A stretch of 64,000 nucleotides of DNA from assembly GCA_963662655.2 (NCBI GenBank), contig CAXXTU010000002.1, positions 1,088,001 to 1,152,000 on the forward strand, read 5' to 3'. Origin of the DNA: Candidatus Cloacimonadales bacterium (GTDB lineage Bacteria > Cloacimonadota > Cloacimonadia > Cloacimonadales > JAIOQZ01). The first letter of the stretch is position 1. Each line of letters begins with the position of its first letter. The position numbers were made by a program, and so were the translations under genes. Below, piece by piece: positions 60,440 to 64,000 of the stretch. The notes beneath the pieces were generated by a model. That model made no database searches. It was not told where the DNA came from and worked only from the letters and a program-made list of their open reading frames with translations.

Positions 60440-61822
60440 TTATTTGATCAGTATTATTTTGCCTGAAGACGTGATGATACCGCGTTTCAATTTCATCAGA
60501 TAGACGCCGGAGGTAACGTTTCTGCCGTTATCGTCGGTTCCGTCCCACACGATCTTGTTCTCGCCGACAGGTTGAATGTCGTTGATCAGCGTACGGACTT
60601 TCTGGCCGCGCACGTTGTAGATTGCGAGCTCGACCTTTTGCTCTTTATCGAGCGTGAACGCGATGGTTGTTTCCGGATTGAACGGGTTCGGGTAGTTGTA
60701 AAGGTTCGCATCACTGTACTCGGGAACCGTTTCGTCCACGAAATCGTTGGTCATTTGGCCGTACTGGACGTCAACAGTCTGCGTAGCGCTTGCGTCGTCA
60801 ATGGTGATAACATGGTTGGTGAAAGCGGGTGCTTCCACGTCCATGCTGTTGCGAGCAAACTTGAACTCAATCGCTTTCCAGGAACCTGCCGGGAAGAGAA
60901 CGTCGATCGACCAGACGTTGTCGCCCTGATCGGTAAGAGGGTTGTTGTTCGCGGTGAATTCCCAATCGAGCGGTGAAACGCTGCCGCAGATTGCAAGCGT
61001 GGTGAAATCGACACCCGCATTAACCGAGTCCGCAACGTCGCAGTTGAAGGTAACGGTTACGTCCTGGGTGGTGTAGTTGGCCGGATCGTCGTCGTTGAAA
61101 TATACGACATCGAGAACCATGGTGGCGTTGGTGTCGTCGATTTCGAGCGTACGGTTGCCAATCGCGTCTTCCCAGTTGCCGCCGTTGACGAACTTGTACT
61201 CGATCATCGGGGTGGTGCCTGCTACGAAAAGAACGTCGCCGGCGTAGATGTCGTCGCCCTGGTCGGTAAGAAGGTTCGTTCCGGCAGACCAGTTATTGAA
61301 GGAGCCAGCGACGGAGACGTCACCCTGGACGCCGACAAGGCTCAGATCGACCCTAAAGGTTACCGTAACGTCCTGCTGAAGGGGTGAACCGAAGGTGTAT
61401 TCGCCCGGGACATTGAGGTTGAATGGTCCTTCACCTGCCTGGTCTGTACCGTAAGAATAGGTCTCATCCGTTGCGTCATAGCCTTCGCAGAAGAAGTTGA
61501 TAACATCCCCCGTAGAGAAAGTTCCAGCCGCGATGGTTACGCTGTATTCGTCGTTGTTTCCGACTTCACCGAGATACGCCATGTCCACGGCCGTGTACTC
61601 GGTTGCGCTGGTGAGTTTGTAGTAGAAAGTCGCGGAAAGATCTGCGCCCTGGCCTTCACCCGGGGTCACGCCGTCTTTCCAGATTTGATAGTAAACGGTC
61701 AAGTCTTCTGTCGGGACATGGAATGTACCCGAATTCGGCCAGATGTTTCCGCTCCAGCCAATCTCTGCATTCAATACGAGTGCGCACGAAACAAGTATCA
61801 TTAAGATAGCGATTCGTCTCAT
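60440..61822 (-). CDS. Secreted non-catalytic starch-binding protein (two CBM20-like modules plus a FlgD-Ig tail)
   Basis: RBS AGGAGG; VTVTFRVD...VAGSFNNW...EYKF and VTVTFNCD...IEFKF; NYPNPFNP tail. Confidence 0.7.
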   Translation of the reverse strand: MRRIAILMILVSCALVLNAEIGWSGNIWPNSGTFHVPTEDLTVYYQIWKDGVTPGEGQGADLSATFYYKLTSATEYTAVDMAYLGEVGNNDEYSVTIAAGTFSTGDVINFFCEGYDATDETYSYGTDQAGEGPFNLNVPGEYTFGSPLQQDVTVTFRVDLSLVGVQGDVSVAGSFNNWSAGTNLLTDQGDDIYAGDVLFVAGTTPMIEYKFVNGGNWEDAIGNRTLEIDDTNATMVLDVVYFNDDDPANYTTQDVTVTFNCDVADSVNAGVDFTTLAICGSVSPLDWEFTANNNPLTDQGDNVWSIDVLFPAGSWKAIEFKFARNSMDVEAPAFTNHVITIDDASATQTVDVQYGQMTNDFVDETVPEYSDANLYNYPNPFNPETTIAFTLDKEQKVELAIYNVRGQKVRTLINDIQPVGENKIVWDGTDDNGRNVTSGVYLMKLKRGIITSSGKIILIK

Positions 61823-61964
61823 GTTGAACCTCCTGTTTTTTATTTCTACTGTTTGTATCAATATTCATAGAAGAATGCATCAAGCCTTTCGATACGCTTT
61901 CAATGCCATCTTCTATAAAAAATACACGTTATAACTCTATCGTCAAGAATACTTTACTGGTTCT

Positions 61965-62801
61965 TCAACCTTTTACGCTTCCAAGCGTCAGGCCGGAAAC
62001 CAGCCACCGGCTCAGGAAGAGGAACAGCGCCACGACCGGAACGCTTATCAGCAGCGATCCCGCAGCGTACATGCCCCACTCTGTCGTCATGTTGCCTTGC
62101 AGACTCTTGAGCCCGAGCGGGATAGTGAACATCTCTTCGTACCAGAGCACCTGCGCGGCTACGATGTACTCATTCCAGGCAGCCATGAAGGAGAAGAGCG
62201 CGGTAATCACCAGCGCCGGAGCCGCCAGAGGTAGAATGATCTTCCAGAACGTGTAAAATCTCCCCGCGCCGTCAACCATCGCGGATTCCTCCAGGCTGAA
62301 CGGGATGGTATCGTAGTAACCCTTCATCAGCCAGATGCAGAACGGTAATGCAGTCGCGCTGTACATGATGATCAAGCCGAGGAAACTGTTGATCAATCCC
62401 AGCTTCGAAAGCATGATGAACAGCGGTAGAAGCAGCATCGTCGCCGGAAACATCTGCGTAATGAGCAGACTAAGGAGCCCCGCCTTACGACCGGGGAAGC
62501 GATATCGCGAAAAGGCGTATCCCGCAAGGGATGCGAAAGCGACGCCCACGATGGTAACCGTGATGGAGACCATCAGGCTGTTGCGAATCCACAGAAGGAA
62601 GGGCTTCTCCGTGAAGAGCCGCACGTAGTTGTCGAATGTCGCGTCTGCGGGAACGATCGCCAGCGAGCGATTGAGAAGGTTGTCGCCGGGACGAAGCGAG
62701 ATCGTGAAGATACGCAACACCGGATAGACCGATATGGCTACGAACAGCAGCACGATGGCGTAGATGATCGTTGTTGTCGTGATCTTTTTAAACTTGTTCA
62801 T
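61965..62801 (-). CDS. malG: Sugar ABC transporter permease, MalG-like
   Basis: AGYAFSRYRFPG, QMFP, EAA loop KGYYDTIPFSLEESAMVDGA and LVSGLTLGSVKG. Confidence 0.88.
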   Translation of the reverse strand: MNKFKKITTTTIIYAIVLLFVAISVYPVLRIFTISLRPGDNLLNRSLAIVPADATFDNYVRLFTEKPFLLWIRNSLMVSITVTIVGVAFASLAGYAFSRYRFPGRKAGLLSLLITQMFPATMLLLPLFIMLSKLGLINSFLGLIIMYSATALPFCIWLMKGYYDTIPFSLEESAMVDGAGRFYTFWKIILPLAAPALVITALFSFMAAWNEYIVAAQVLWYEEMFTIPLGLKSLQGNMTTEWGMYAAGSLLISVPVVALFLFLSRWLVSGLTLGSVKG

Positions 62802-62812
62802 GCGTCCCTCCC

Positions 62813-64000
62813 CTATGCCTTTTCCGCAACCTGGCTGCGGTTCATGAACGTCAATCCGAAGAACGCGAGGAACAGGAAGATCAGCACGGAGAATGCCGCC
62901 GCGTACCCGTAGCGGTAAAGGTTGAACGCGGCCCGATAGACGTATGTCACCAGGATATGCGAGTGGTCCGCAGGTTGTCCGCCGTTGGTTACCAGCCAGA
63001 GCACGTTCAGGTTGTTGAAGGTCCACACCGTTCCGAGCGTGATCGCGGGAACCATCACCGGTTTCAGGAGCGGAACGGTCACGTTCCAGAATTGCTTCCA
63101 CGATGACGCGCCGTCGATTTTCGCCGCCTCATACAGCTCTTTGGGTATCGATTGCAGACCGCCCAGCGCGATGACCATCATGAAAGAGAATCCCAACCAG
63201 ATGTTGGTGATGATCGCGGCGATGAACGCCATCGTCGGCTCGGAGAGCCAGTTCACTCCGGCAATACCCAGATGATTGAGCATCAGGTTGATCGCTCCGG
63301 TATCGGAGATGAACATCCCGCGCCAGGTAAGCGCGACAATGTACTGCGGAACCGCCCACGGCAGGATCAGCAGCACCCGGAAGATCGGTTTGCCGGGAAG
63401 CTTCCTGTTCATCAACAGCGCAAGCATCACGCCGAGCGTAACGTGGAAGAACACGTTGACGATCGTCCAGATGAGCGTTTTGATGAATACCGCAACAAAT
63501 TTATGATGCGTAATAAAGTACTTTAGGTAATCCCACGTGACGAATCCGCCTTCGCTACCGATCGAGTTGCGGTAGTCCGCGAAGCTCATATCGAAGTCCC
63601 ACAGCACCTTCCCGTATTGCTCCACGCCGATGACTTCCCACGAATTCACGTTGGTCATGTTCATATTGGAAAACGAAAGGACGATGTTGTAGAAGAAGGG
63701 ATAGATCACCACGCCGAACATCACGATGGCTGCCGGTATGGAGATCAGGATTGCGAACCGCGCGTTACGGGCTTCCATCGTATATGGATTGCGAAGCAGC
63801 GCCAGGACGAATTTGAAGATCAGCAAGTACGTGAGATAAAGACCCAGCGCGATGCCGATGATGTAAATAATGTATTTCGTGATATGCTGGCTGCTCCCAG
63901 CTCCGGCGACCTCGTACATGTCGTTGATCTTCTCGATACACAGCTTCTGCTGGTAGGTTGCCCCCTCTTCCGGGGTCATATTCCCGCCCACAACGCTTTG
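62813..64000 (-). CDS. malF: Sugar ABC transporter permease, MalF-like; 5' end lies outside the window
   Basis: ILPWAVP, LQSIPKELYEAAKIDGA and FNNLNV motifs; frame open to the window edge. Confidence 0.85.
   Translation of the reverse strand, partial: QSVVGGNMTPEEGATYQQKLCIEKINDMYEVAGAGSSQHITKYIIYIIGIALGLYLTYLLIFKFVLALLRNPYTMEARNARFAILISIPAAIVMFGVVIYPFFYNIVLSFSNMNMTNVNSWEVIGVEQYGKVLWDFDMSFADYRNSIGSEGGFVTWDYLKYFITHHKFVAVFIKTLIWTIVNVFFHVTLGVMLALLMNRKLPGKPIFRVLLILPWAVPQYIVALTWRGMFISDTGAINLMLNHLGIAGVNWLSEPTMAFIAAIITNIWLGFSFMMVIALGGLQSIPKELYEAAKIDGASSWKQFWNVTVPLLKPVMVPAITLGTVWTFNNLNVLWLVTNGGQPADHSHILVTYVYRAAFNLYRYGYAAAFSVLIFLFLAFFGLTFMNRSQVAEKA

Overview
64 kb of chromosome from a diderm bacterium with GC in roughly the mid-50s percent by eye. 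Many secreted proteins end in 'NYPNPFNP...' FlgD-Ig/T9SS-like tails, which suggests an FCB-group lineage such as Ca. Cloacimonadota (inference). Left end: two large secreted proteins (a GLUG protein cut by the window edge and a 3240-aa LamG/beta-helix/Fn3 giant) lie divergent from a cytoplasmic TPR histidine kinase and a sigma-54 activator. The two-component pair is flanked by two sigma-54 promoters, each with the same GAACG-N4-CGTTC palindrome at the same spacing. Middle: housekeeping genes (hslO, asnS, ptb, rpiB, glyA, gdhA), four tRNAs, three glycosyltransferases, two isolated AT-rich genes (one with a premature TGA) and a frameshifted YeiH-like gene. Right end: an alpha-glucan utilisation region with no SusC/SusD in view. 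It holds a GH57, a six-CBM48 GH13 lipoprotein, two predicted outer-membrane barrels (one fused to CBM48), a PorV-like gene next to CTD-bearing proteins, and MalFG-type permeases. Three dispersed copies of a covarying long-hairpin element and a separate multi-branch hairpin are not explained by any gene. All product calls come from motif recognition by eye; no database searches were run.
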